Assembly (NCBI RefSeq): GCF_006345805.1
Contig: NW_021824446.1
Location: 1 to 18,774, forward strand
From: Octopus sinensis
Lineage: Eukaryota
Length of the DNA stretch: 18,774 nucleotides
Reading direction: 5' to 3'
Under the pieces are notes generated by a model. The model saw nothing but the letters and a program-made list of their open reading frames with translations. It was not told where the DNA came from and did no database searches. Shown piece by piece: positions 1-9,901 of the stretch. Positions within the stretch are counted from its first letter, which is position 1. Every line of letters begins with the position of its first letter. The position numbers and the translations under genes are program-made.

Positions 1-22
1 TATATATATATATATATAATTT

Positions 23-320
23 TAATCCAAGGGAAAACAGAAAAAACAACAACACGTGGAACAATACAGTATTATATTTAATAGGTGCTCAGGAAAGATG
101 GAAGCAGGAAGGTATAACGTTTCGAGCGGAGCTCTTCGTCGGAAACATAAAGATGGAAGAGAGAGGAAAGAAAGATCCCGAGGTGGGCAAACAGAGGGAG
201 AAAAAAAAAGGCGACTGGTGTTTACGAAGTACACATGGTGAAAGGCGGAAGTTTACGATAACAAGAGCAAAGTAGGTTTTTAAAGCCAAAAGAGTGGAGA
301 CAGGGTTGGTAACGCAACGT
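23..320 (-). mobile_element. Penelope-like element (PLE) pseudo-LTR remnant
   Basis: Minus strand reads CCGACGAAGAGCTCCGCTCGAAACGTTA (115-142), resembling the CTGANGA..CGAAACG motif of PLE LTRs. Boundaries are approximate, set by the flanking (TA)n and (TG)n tracts. Confidence 0.55.
110..150 (-). ncRNA. Degenerate minimal hammerhead ribozyme motif
   Basis: CCGACGA (U4C variant) + extra A, stem II GAG/CTC, GAAA, then palindromic AACGTT. Stem I is only partly paired. Confidence 0.4.
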
Positions 321-1035
321 ATGTATGTGTGTGGGAGTGTAGGTGTGTGTGTGTGCGTGTTTATGTTGGTGTGTGCGTATGTAAGTGTGAGTGTATGGGT
401 GTTTGGCGTGCAGGTGAGTGTGTGTGTAAGTATGTGTGTGTGTATGTTTGTGTGAGTTTGTATGTGTGTATGTCTGTGTGTATGTATGTGCGTATAGGAG
501 TATGTATGTATGTGTGTGTATGTGTATGGGTGTATGTATGTATGTATGTGTGTGTGTGTGCATGTGTATAAGTATATGTGTGTGTGCGTATGTGTGTGTA
601 TGTGTATGTGTGTGTGTTTATGTATGTGTGTATGTATGTGTGTAGGCGTGTGTGCGTAGATGTATGTATGTATGGGTGTGTGTCTGTGTGTGTTTGTGTG
701 TGTGTGTAGGTAGGTGTGTGTCTGAGTGAGGTTATGGCTGTGTAGGTGTGTGTGTGTATGAATGTAAGTGTGTGTGTGTACAAGTGTAATGTATGTATGT
801 AGGTGTGTGTGTGTGTATGTGTACGTGTGCGTATGTATGTGTGTGTATATGCGTGAGTGTGAGTGTATGGGTGTATGTCTGTGTGTGTGTATGTCTGAAG
901 TAGGTATGTGTGTGTATGTATGTATGAGTGTGTGTGTGCGGGTATGTGTGTGTGTGTGTATGGTGTGTGTGTGAAGGTGTGTGCATGTATGTATGTGGTA
1001 GGGATGCATGCGTGTGTGTGGGTATGTATGTATAC
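321..1035 (+). repeat. Compound (TG)n/(TATG)n microsatellite
   Basis: Seen directly; source of the His/Thr- and Val/Cys-rich ORFs. Confidence 0.95.
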
Positions 1036-1257
1036 ATACGCACGCACACACCCGAAGCAAGCCCACACACACGAAGCGCGCTCGCGCACACAACACACAA
1101 ACGATACAACGCAAGCCCATGGGGCCGACCAAGCCCCCAGCACGCGCCAAGGCGCGCGAGCGCAGAGGCCCTCGAACGACCCGCTCCGCGGGAAACGAGG
1201 ATCCATCTGCCAAAACCGGAAAGCAGAAAAGAGGGGGGGGCTGCCTGGATGCAAATA

Positions 1258-1431
1258 GGTGTATGTGTGTGTGCATTCGTGTAAAGGTGTGCATGTGTGG
1301 GTATGTATGTATGTATGTGTGTGTGCCTACATGTATGTGTGCATGTGTGTGTGTGAAGTATGTATGTGCGATGTGTGTGTGTGAGTGTGTGTGTATGTAT
1401 GTACGTATGTATGTATGTGTGTATGTATGTC

Positions 1432-1469
<38 letters not shown>

Positions 1470-1482
1470 GACAGATATATAG

Positions 1483-1520
<38 letters not shown>
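1258..1520 (+). repeat. Compound (TG)n/(TATG)n/(TA)n microsatellite
   Basis: Seen directly. Confidence 0.95.
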
Positions 1521-1524
<4 letters not shown>

Positions 1525-1639
1525 AAGGTTGGAATTTAAAACTATTTCTTGTGAAGGGTATCGACTTGTAACCTTTAATTAAGATCTTAATACATAAGCA
1601 TTACGAAAGATGTTTTATGAATACATTTGTGTACACTAC

Positions 1640-1670
1640 ACGCCGAGACAAAGGCCGGGTGACTGCTAGT
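1640..1670 (+). mobile_element. Possible Helitron 3' terminus
   Basis: GC-rich imperfect hairpin (CGCCGAGACAAAGGCCGGG) a few nt upstream of CTAG (1666-1669) followed by T, as in Helitron 3' ends. No Rep/helicase sequence seen. Confidence 0.35.
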
Positions 1671-1925
1671 ATATATTATACACACACATACATCCATATA
1701 TACGCATAGCAGACTTAATAATATAGGCTAAGAGAAGAATAAGAGAGAGAGGAAATGGAGGAAGCGAGGCATAGAAATAAACACTGGGTTTACAATTTGA
1801 AGTTCGGAAGTGTGGAAGTTGTAAAGATAATTTATGGACAGGTCAGAAAGAAAGCTAAAACAGCAAAAGGAGTGGGAGGGAGTTACAGTTACAGACACTA
1901 AATACATGAAACTTGACTTTATCAC

Positions 1926-1929
<4 letters not shown>

Positions 1930-1956
<27 letters not shown>

Positions 1957-1990
1957 ACACACACACACACAACACACACACACACACATA
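1930..1990 (+). repeat. (CA)n microsatellite
   Basis: Seen directly. Confidence 0.95.
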
Positions 1991-2061
1991 TTCAGTTTTC
2001 ATTTACAGGGTACAACCTAAGACGAGTGCGCGCAATCGTGTATAGGCGCATCCGAGGAAGC

Positions 2062-2149
2062 TAGTCGTGACTAGTCGATCCTTACTTTGTGTTTTTGTGT
2101 TTCATTTACTTTGCTAGGTAGTCGTTGTAGGATCGACTAGTCACGACTA
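2062..2149. repeat. Perfect 21-bp inverted repeat with 46-nt T-rich spacer
   Basis: TAGTCGTGACTAGTCGATCCT (2062-2082) is the exact reverse complement of 2129-2149. Confidence 0.95.
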
Positions 2150-2650
2150 TCTAGCGCGCGTGCGCCAGTAAACGAGTGCGCGCACCAGGACCACTCTTCT
2201 TAATTAAATGGTATCTAGTTTCCACAGCGGAGAAATCCACCCTTGTTAAAACATATGCGCAAAACCCTACCATTTCAGGCTGACTTAACAGAGACCCTAC
2301 TCTGTGTTACCTCCATCTCTGTCCCCCACAAAGCGGCCACGCCCTTGTAAGTTTCGTAACGAAAAACAAAAGCATTAATTTCCTGATCTCATAATTGGAT
2401 CACGCACTTTTACGATAATTAATATCGTATCATTAATTTATAGACACACAGACAGAGTTTAAGATGAAAGGATGTTCATTCAAGCGTTAAATGGTCGCAA
2501 ATGAAATAAAAAAAGCCTGCCTTACCTCAGTTTAATTTTAAACGGTAGCAACGGATCCGGGGTCCCAATTAATTTCAAATTTTCTGTTGCCGGATTTAAT
2601 TTCGATGGCAAGTAAGCGGAGATAACTCTCGAAATATAGGCGGGGTTGGG

Positions 2651-2812
2651 GTATGTGTTAAGTAGCTTGCGTATGAATCACATGGTTCCGGGTTCAGTCC
2701 CACTGCGTGGCATCTTGGGCGAGTGACTTCTACTATAGCCTCGGCCGACCAAAGCCTTGTGGGTGGATGAGGTAGACGGAAACTGAAGGAAGAACCGTCG
2801 TACATATGTACA
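2651..2812 (+). mobile_element. Octopus tRNA-derived CORE-type SINE (family 1), partial
   Basis: B box GGTTCAGTCCC, CORE-like CTTGGGCGAGTGACTT, then GGTAGACGGAAACTGAAGGAAG. The 3' half is missing. Confidence 0.85.
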
Positions 2813-2823
2813 TGTTTGGCCAG

Positions 2824-2918
2824 AGAAAACACTTGCCCAAGCTGCCACACAGTGGGACTGATCTCGGAACCAGGTGGTTGGTAAGTAAGCTACTTACAAC
2901 TCAGCCACTCCAACGCCT
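2824..2918 (-). mobile_element. SINE family 1 head, inverted relative to 2651-2812
   Basis: Reverse complement reads GGAGTGGCTGAGTTGTAAGTAGCTTACTTACCAACCACCTGGTTCCGAGATCAGTCCCACTGTGTGGCAGCTTGGGCAAGTG. Confidence 0.85.
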
Positions 2919-2980
2919 AGAGTTTCAAAGATTGAAAATTATTTTAGTATTCTCTATCCTATCTTTTCCATACACGCCCC

Positions 2981-3014
<34 letters not shown>

Positions 3015-3317
3015 TATAATATATATATATATATCACCTTTTAGCTGATGGCAGAGATTTATTGTACAGATTAAATTAAAGTATATGAAGAGGACAGGGT
3101 TTATATTTTCTATTTCAGGAAAAATTGATTCACAAATTTTGAACTTCCTTGAAATATAAAAATCCAAAACATTTTCTTTCTTTCAAATTTATCAACTATT
3201 TTTGAGATTCTTTAAAAACATATAAACATTCTCTTCTTGTAAACATACTTGAAATCCTGGACACAATTTTTATTGTTTATAAAATGATTTGAGAAAACCA
3301 GTATATATGTTCGTGTT

Positions 3318-3453
3318 CATGTATGTATGTATGTATGTTCGTATGTATGTATGTATGTATGTATGTATGTATGTATGTATGTATGTATGTTTGTATGTAT
3401 GTATGTATGTATGTATGTATGTATGTATGTATGTATGTATGTATGTATGTATG

Positions 3454-3487
<34 letters not shown>

Positions 3488-3825
3488 TGTATGTTTGTAT
3501 GTATGTATGTATGTTTGTATGTTTGTATGTATGTATGTATGTATATCTGTATGTATGTATATATGTATGTATGTATGTATGTTATGTATGTATGTATGTA
3601 TGTATGTATGTATGTTATGTATGTATGTATGTATGTTTGTATGTAGTATGTATGTATGTATGTATGTATGTATGTATGTATGTATGTATGTATGTATGTA
3701 TGTATGTATGTTTGTATGTATGTATGTATGTATGTATGTATGTATGTATGTATGTATGTATGTCTATCTCTCTGTATGTATGTATGTATGCATGTATGTA
3801 TGTTTGTATGTATGTATGTATGTGA
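3318..3825 (+). repeat. Long (TATG)n microsatellite (about 500 bp)
   Basis: Seen directly, with few interruptions. Confidence 0.97.
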
Positions 3826-4754
3826 AGTATATAAAAATTTATATAATAAGCAAACTATAAACATATACAATAATAAAAATTAGTGTGTAAAATCAGATAT
3901 ACAGTAAATATATAATTACACATTTATTGGATGGGTGTTGATACTCAAGAAGTCCTCCGCCCTTTAGCGGATTTTGTTTTTCATCCCTTAGGGAGTTCAG
4001 TAAAAACCCTCCTCACCAAGCAAGCTTTGTGTACGTATGTATGTATGTATAGAAAATCCATCATTGAAGCATGCTGTAAATGTGTTAGTACCCGATAAAC
4101 TTGCTACATTTCCGAATATAGTAGTTCCACAAATAGATACACTTATGATCGATCGAACATACCGAGTTAATGCTCCTGGATGGCCACGCTTCAATGATTA
4201 AAACATCTAACTCACATATTATATAGCTTGAAATCTCTCCACTGCCACCACCATTTAGTCTGTTAATTTATATCCATCTACAAACGTCACACTCACCCTT
4301 CAATTATTATTCATGTCTTTCTTTCTCATCTACAATCTACACTTTTACATAATTATTTCCATTTCTCTTTCAATTCACTGGACAATTTCACAGAATTCAT
4401 CAATAATATTTCGAAATTTAACAAATTATGATAGATTATTTTTCTCAAATACAATACTTAAATGTAATCTATAAAACTATAATCTTCTTAAACTTAATTG
4501 TATGTTTAACTTAAGTTAATTCTTATCCAGTAACACTAAGACCAAAGGCGTTCTAACCATGACCTTCCCATATTCTTTTTTATCTAATATGTTAACCTCA
4601 CGCTACATTTCAGACACTCCATTCTTGATTCATATTACTGTTTATAATTATTCACATTATAAAATTGAAATAAAATCATTAAAAAAATTTCATTGATTGA
4701 AAGACCAAGAAGATAAAATTAGTAGAGTTGTTATTGGTATTAATGTAACTCTTT

Positions 4755-4795
4755 GTATTCTGGGTTCAAATCCTGCTAAGGTCAAATTTGATTTT
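4755..4795 (+). mobile_element. Old SINE family 2 fragment (B box region)
   Basis: TTCTGGGTTCAAATCCTGCTAAGGTCAAATTTG resembles TTCTGCCTTCAAATACCGCCAGGGTCAACGTTG of the copy at 10645-10850. Confidence 0.45.
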
Positions 4796-5277
4796 TATTA
4801 TGAAAGTGTTTTAAAAAAAAATATCAGTCTGAAGTGGTGGTGTTCTGGAATTAGATATTGGACGCGAGGCCTTAAAGTATTTAATGTAGTCCTATATTTT
4901 GTGAGTTGAAATCACTATATTAACGTAGACCTATATTTTATAAGTTGAAATGCGTGGATACTAAAATTCTCGCTTACTAAGCTTTGAAAAAAAGAAGTTA
5001 TCAAAAAACAATATTTTAAATTTCACTCAAGAGTTAGAAATCCAGTGTTAACTACCTAAAATATTGTATCATTAGATGAACATTTGTGTTAAACAAATAT
5101 ATATCAAAAGAAACTTATTTACCAAATTCGAAGATTATGTCCTGGTTCGAGTTGAAGTCTTTCTCTCTCAGAAAATTTCAGCGTCCGCTTTGTTCAAACG
5201 ACGATGAAAATGTGACACTGCCAACAGTTAAAAGGAAACTTCTAATGAAACAGGATGTAGTAGGCACGACCTCCTCA

Positions 5278-5601
5278 TGTATATGTGTCTGTATGTGTCT
5301 ATATATACACACACGCACACACACATATATATATATATATTTATATATATTTATATGATATATATCTATAGACATATATATATATATATACACACACACG
5401 CATGTATATATATTTATATATATATATATATATATAGATTTATATATCTATATAAATATGTATACATATATATACATTTATATATATATATATATATAAT
5501 ATATATATAGATTTATATATATATATATATCTATATATCTATATATTATATGATATATATCTATAGACATATATATATATATATACACACACACGCATGT
5601 A

Positions 5602-5632
<31 letters not shown>

Positions 5633-5671
5633 GATTTATACATCTATATATATATGTATACATATATATAC

Positions 5672-5707
<36 letters not shown>

Positions 5708-5915
5708 TATTTATATATACACATATATATATATATTACATATATATATAAAAATATATATACATATACATATATATATACATATATATATACATATACA
5801 TATAATATATATATATACATATACATATATATATACATATATATATATACATATATATATATACATATATGCATATATATATATACATACGTACATATAT
5901 GTATATATGTATGTA
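5278..5915 (+). repeat. Compound (TA)n microsatellite with internal duplication of about 196-bp period
   Basis: TATGATATATATCTATAGAC..ACACGCATG occurs near 5355 and again near 5549. Confidence 0.9.
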
Positions 5916-6210
5916 TTCTGTCAGCCGGCCACCTTAATTATGATAATGATGATGATGATGATGATGTTGAGTATGACGACAATGTCAACGGCAAACAAGA
6001 TGTAGGAAGAATCTCGTTGATTAGAGTCAGATTGATTATATTAAAGAAGTGTTTGCTGTTGTTTGAAGATGCTAAAATATTTTGTTACAAATAGTCACAC
6101 GGGTTTATATCTTTCAACGTATTATATTTTATTTTCTTTAAAAGAGGTACATATCTTTGTTATGGAGGCTGAAATATTCAGAGTGATTTGTTAAAATCTT
6201 TGAATTCTTC

Positions 6211-6427
6211 ATTACTCATTTACTTGTTTCAGTCATTTGACTGCGGCCATGCTGGAGCACCGCCTCTAGTCGAGCAAATCGGCCCTGGGACTTATTCTTT
6301 GTAAGCCCAGTACTTATTCTATCGGTCAATTTTAACGAACTGCTAAGTGACGGGGACGTAAACACATCAGCATCGGTTTTCAAGCAATGCTAGGGGGACA
6401 AACACAGACACACAAACTTATACACAC

Positions 6428-6468
<41 letters not shown>

Positions 6469-6571
6469 TATGATGAACTTCTTTCTGTTTCTGTCTACCA
6501 AATTCACTCACAAGGCCTGAACACGGAACAATGTGGTTCGTAAGCAAGCTAATTACCACACAGCCACTCCT
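6211..6571 (-). mobile_element. SINE family 1, near full length, with about 57-bp internal deletion
   Basis: Tail GCGGCCATGCTGGAGCACCGCC, internal (CA)/(TA) tract, A/B-box head. CAAGGC|CTGAAC at 6516/6517 lacks the segment present in the copies at 11365-14235. Confidence 0.9.
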
Positions 6572-7409
6572 ACACACACACACACATATATATATATGTA
6601 TGTATGTATTTATGTATGTATGTATGTATATTTAAGTTTCAAAGAAAATTATCTCTCTCTTATATATTTCGTATAAGTGATCGTGTGTAAAACCAAAACA
6701 ATGCGAAGTAAATGCAAGGTAAATCACAAGAAAACAAATATGTGCATCAATGTAGAATTATCTTGTACTCAATATTTCAGGGTTATGACTCCATTTTCAT
6801 ATATGGGGAGATATGTGTATCCCTATATTTGTGTATATAGTGTTTGAACTAGTTCTCGTGGATATTTAACGATGTTAATGAATTATTAAACCATGTTTTA
6901 ATTAGAATAATTACTTAAAAATATAAACAAAAATGAAATATTTACCAGCAAAGTTGATCGTTGAGTTTTAGTTTTAGTTTAATGTGTTTGTCTCAGGAAC
7001 GCTTGGTCAGCTCCGTTAACTTTAAGAGCAACTGCAATTTAAAAATATTAAATGTCATCTCCTCATATAAGAATGCGTGTGTTTCTATGTGTGTGTGTGT
7101 GTTAGTGTTTGATATCATGTATATCTATATGTCGTAGTGTGTATGTCGTCGTGTACATGTATAATGTAGTGTCTATGTACATATTTGTATGTCACAGAGT
7201 GTGTGTATATGTCAGCCAACTAACGCTTGCCTGCTCTCTGTAAAGAATAACTGCCATGCCAAAACACTTCTAAACACTCCTTCCTGTCTGCGTCTCATAT
7301 TACTATATCACCAAATTCACCACCATTTCTCCGTCATTTGACCCATTTTCTTTTCCTTAATTTCTTTTCGTGGAAAAGCATTTGTAACGTGCACACAGAC
7401 ACAAACACA

Positions 7410-7410
<1 letters not shown>

Positions 7411-7466
<56 letters not shown>
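7411..7466 (+). repeat. (TA)n microsatellite
   Basis: Seen directly. Confidence 0.95.
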
Positions 7467-7469
<3 letters not shown>

Positions 7470-7970
7470 GTGAAATAGAAAGATGAATAATCTTGTAGTA
7501 GATTAATCAAAAGTTTAACCGATACCTTAGTAGCAAAAATCACAGCAGTGAACAGCACGGTTGGAGGTACAACCATCTGGCGTTGCAACCGTGCGTTGGT
7601 GCGGATAATTGAAATTAAAACATTATTGGTGAATTGAAGAAATGGAGCTGAACGCAGATTGAACAGAAATCGTTTTATTTCATTCTACACGTGTTTCGAA
7701 GGCACAAATTACCAAAATCCGATTGAATAATGGGACCATATTGTGTCTTTCTCTTCAGGAAGAAAAAAGGAAATCCGTTGGAAAAACAAAAACAGAACAG
7801 AGGCAGAGCAAAAAACAAATCGAACTGTGCTCCTAAGAGCCCATGGCGAAACTGTTTATCAGTGTATGTTGAGAACCGGTGGCTGAAGAATTCAACAGGT
7901 CAGGCATCGGTCAATCATGTGGGTGAGGGTGTATATATGTTCTTTGTGACCGAGAATAAAGTTATATATA
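7467..7970 (-). mobile_element. Penelope-like pseudo-LTR remnant carrying a hammerhead
   Basis: Hammerhead followed immediately by AATAAA (plus strand TTTATT 7674-7679), a layout typical of PLE LTRs. No RT or GIY-YIG coding seen; limits are inferred from flanking microsatellites. Confidence 0.55.
7678..7766 (-). ncRNA. Type I hammerhead ribozyme, canonical core
   Basis: Minus strand: stem I UUUUCUUC; CUGAAGA (7758-7752); stem II GAAAGACACAA/UUGUGCCUUC (about 9 bp); GAAA (7697-7694); palindromic helix III ACACGUGU (7694-7687); GUA triplet with A17 = 7686; stem I partner GAAUGAAA (7 bp with one bulge). Confidence 0.8.
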
Positions 7971-8140
7971 TATATCCACATACATATAGACACTGCGTGC
8001 ATATATTCAGAGGTATTGGTAGATACATGCTCTATACACATACATGCAGACACATACGTGCACACAGATACACATAGACATACAAACACACACACAGACG
8101 CACATACACACACAGGCACACACACACACATACATACATG

Positions 8141-9900
8141 TTAGTTAGTTAGTTAGTTAATTTTTTGGCTCAAAAATCAAAAAGCAAGGCCATGTAGGGG
8201 GACATGGAGTTACATACAGGGTGGTGTTCATGCAAAGAGTTCAGGCCACTTGAGGTTAAGGGAGAATTTGAAATGAGCGGTCGTCGGCATCTTCACTATC
8301 TCGTCTTGCAGCTTCTTCCACGGATCCGCAACCCGGACGGAGAAAGCCCCTCTCCTTCGATTGAGATGAAATCGTCGCAGATAGAGCTTTTCGGAATGAC
8401 CCCGCAGCCGACGCTCTGGAGCAGGAGTGAAGAACAGCTTTTTCGAGAGGTTACACTTTCCGCTTATGATGTTGTGGGCGAGAATGAGATCACCACAGCG
8501 TCATCGTTTTTCTAGAGAATAAAGGTCGAGCGTCTTCAGGTTTTCTTCATAAGACAAATACTTGAGACCAAGAACCATGCGGGTAGCCAGCTTCTGGACT
8601 TTTTCGATATGCTGTATGTCTTTGAGGAGATAAGGAGAAGAGGCTTGAATCCCGTACTCCAATATGGGTCTCACCAGCATGACATAGAGCGGTAGGAATA
8701 TGGCTGCTGTGAGCATTCCGAATGACCATTGAATCAGAACAGAACTCCGCGTGCTTTGTTGGTAGCATGGACGCACTGGGCCGAAGCGAAAAGGAGGGAT
8801 CCACCAAGATACCCAGGTCCTTTACCTGATCGGTCCTCTCCAGCAGCAGACGACCGGTTCGAAATCAAGTTGAGTTGCAGGAGGAGAGCCAACAGGCAGA
8901 TGACAGCACTTTGACACGTTCAGACACAGGTCCCATTCGTTAGACCATCTCCAAATTTGGTGGAGGCATCGACGAAGATCCTCTATATCACCGCGAGGAG
9001 CGACCAGTTTGACATCGTCGGCAAATAGAAGGGCAAATCATTTATGAAGACTAAGAACAATAAGGGCCCAAGCACTGAACCTTGAGGCACGCCACTGCTT
9101 GCACTGGAGACGTCGGATCGCGAACCATTAACTTGGACTTGGAAGGAGCGATCTGAGAGGAAGGCACCAACCCATCGTACAATATCCGGATGGAAACTAT
9201 ATGCTTGAAGCTTGACAAGTAATAGGCGGTGGTTTACCGAGTCAAAAGCTTTGGCAAAGTCCAATAAAACGATGTCAACAGCATCACTATCATCGAGGAT
9301 GCGCGTCACCAATTCTTCCATTACCAGTAAGCTGGTCAAGCATGATCTTTTCGGCACGAAGCCGTGTTGGGAATCAGTGATCGAGGCTGTGTTTAGGAGG
9401 TGGAGCATCATACTTTTCTTAAGGATGGTTTCGAACATCTTGCTGATTATTGATGTAAGAGAAACCGGTCTGTAGTTAAGCGGGTCTTCGCGGCTCACTT
9501 TTTTGAAAATTGGGCAGATTATCGCTGTTCTCCAGTCCGCAGGTATAACACCCGTCGCCAATGACATATTGAATAGACGTGTTAAGGGCTCGCAGATGAC
9601 CAGAGCCAACGTTTTGATAACCCTTGGGTGTATGCTGTCAGGGCCGTGACCCTTGTTGACATCGAGGGCTTGAATAACGCGTTCGACTTTGTCCCGCGTG
9701 ATGACCAATCAAAGCATTGGAGGTACTGATCTATCAAATGGAGGGGGTTCAAAACCATCATCTTGTTTGAAAATAGTTGAAAAAGCCTCGGCAAATAATT
9801 GACTCTGTTGATAAGGGTCCTCATTCGATACGCCTGTTGAGTCTACCAACGTTGCAATTTGGTTGCTCAAGCGGGAATTCCGTTGGACATGGGCAGAGAC
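8141..9900 (-). mobile_element. 5'-truncated CR1-clade LINE, disrupted ORF2 reverse transcriptase
   Basis: RT motifs NYRPVSLTS, QHGFVPKRSCLT, LDFAKAFDSV, GVPQGSVLGPLLF, frameshifted LFADDVKL, KDLG, RPILEY and C-terminal RGHSEKL..FSVRVADPW. The 3' end carries (TAAC)n at 8141-8160. In-frame TGA at 9709-9711 and several frameshifts. Confidence 0.93.
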
Positions 9901-9901
9901 T

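Larger units (their letters stand above)
2061..3320 (+). repeat. Segmental duplication block A (second copy 16152-17494)
   Basis: Colinear alignment by eye, offset about 14.09 kb (GATCC at 2077 vs 16172). Confidence 0.95.

Noticed and set aside
89-1526. Long His/Thr- and Val/Cys/Tyr-rich ORFs (also 3277-3883, 5178-6094, 11508-12322, 13267-13876, 15606-16022)
   Set aside because: They are translations of (TG)n, (TATG)n and (TA)n, which lack stop codons in most frames.
4200-4460. Pyrimidine-rich stretch as an old LINE remnant (also 1720-1920)
   Set aside because: No convincing RT or endonuclease motif in any frame.
7883-8539. Additional CUGAAGA hammerhead cores at 7883-7889 (plus) and 8533-8539 (minus)
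   Set aside because: No stem II/GAAA/UH arrangement can be built; the second lies in CR1 coding sequence.
9212-9475. Plus-strand ORFs over CR1 and pogo (also 8204-8515, 10021-10513, 18201-18464)
   Set aside because: Antisense shadows of GC-rich TE coding sequence with no recognisable motifs.
8983-9708. 241-aa RT ORF as a functional RT, retron or DGR (also 17972-18697)
   Set aside because: It is CR1-type, preceded by an in-frame stop, and frameshifts before the catalytic FADD motif. No msr/msd or TR/VR structure is seen.
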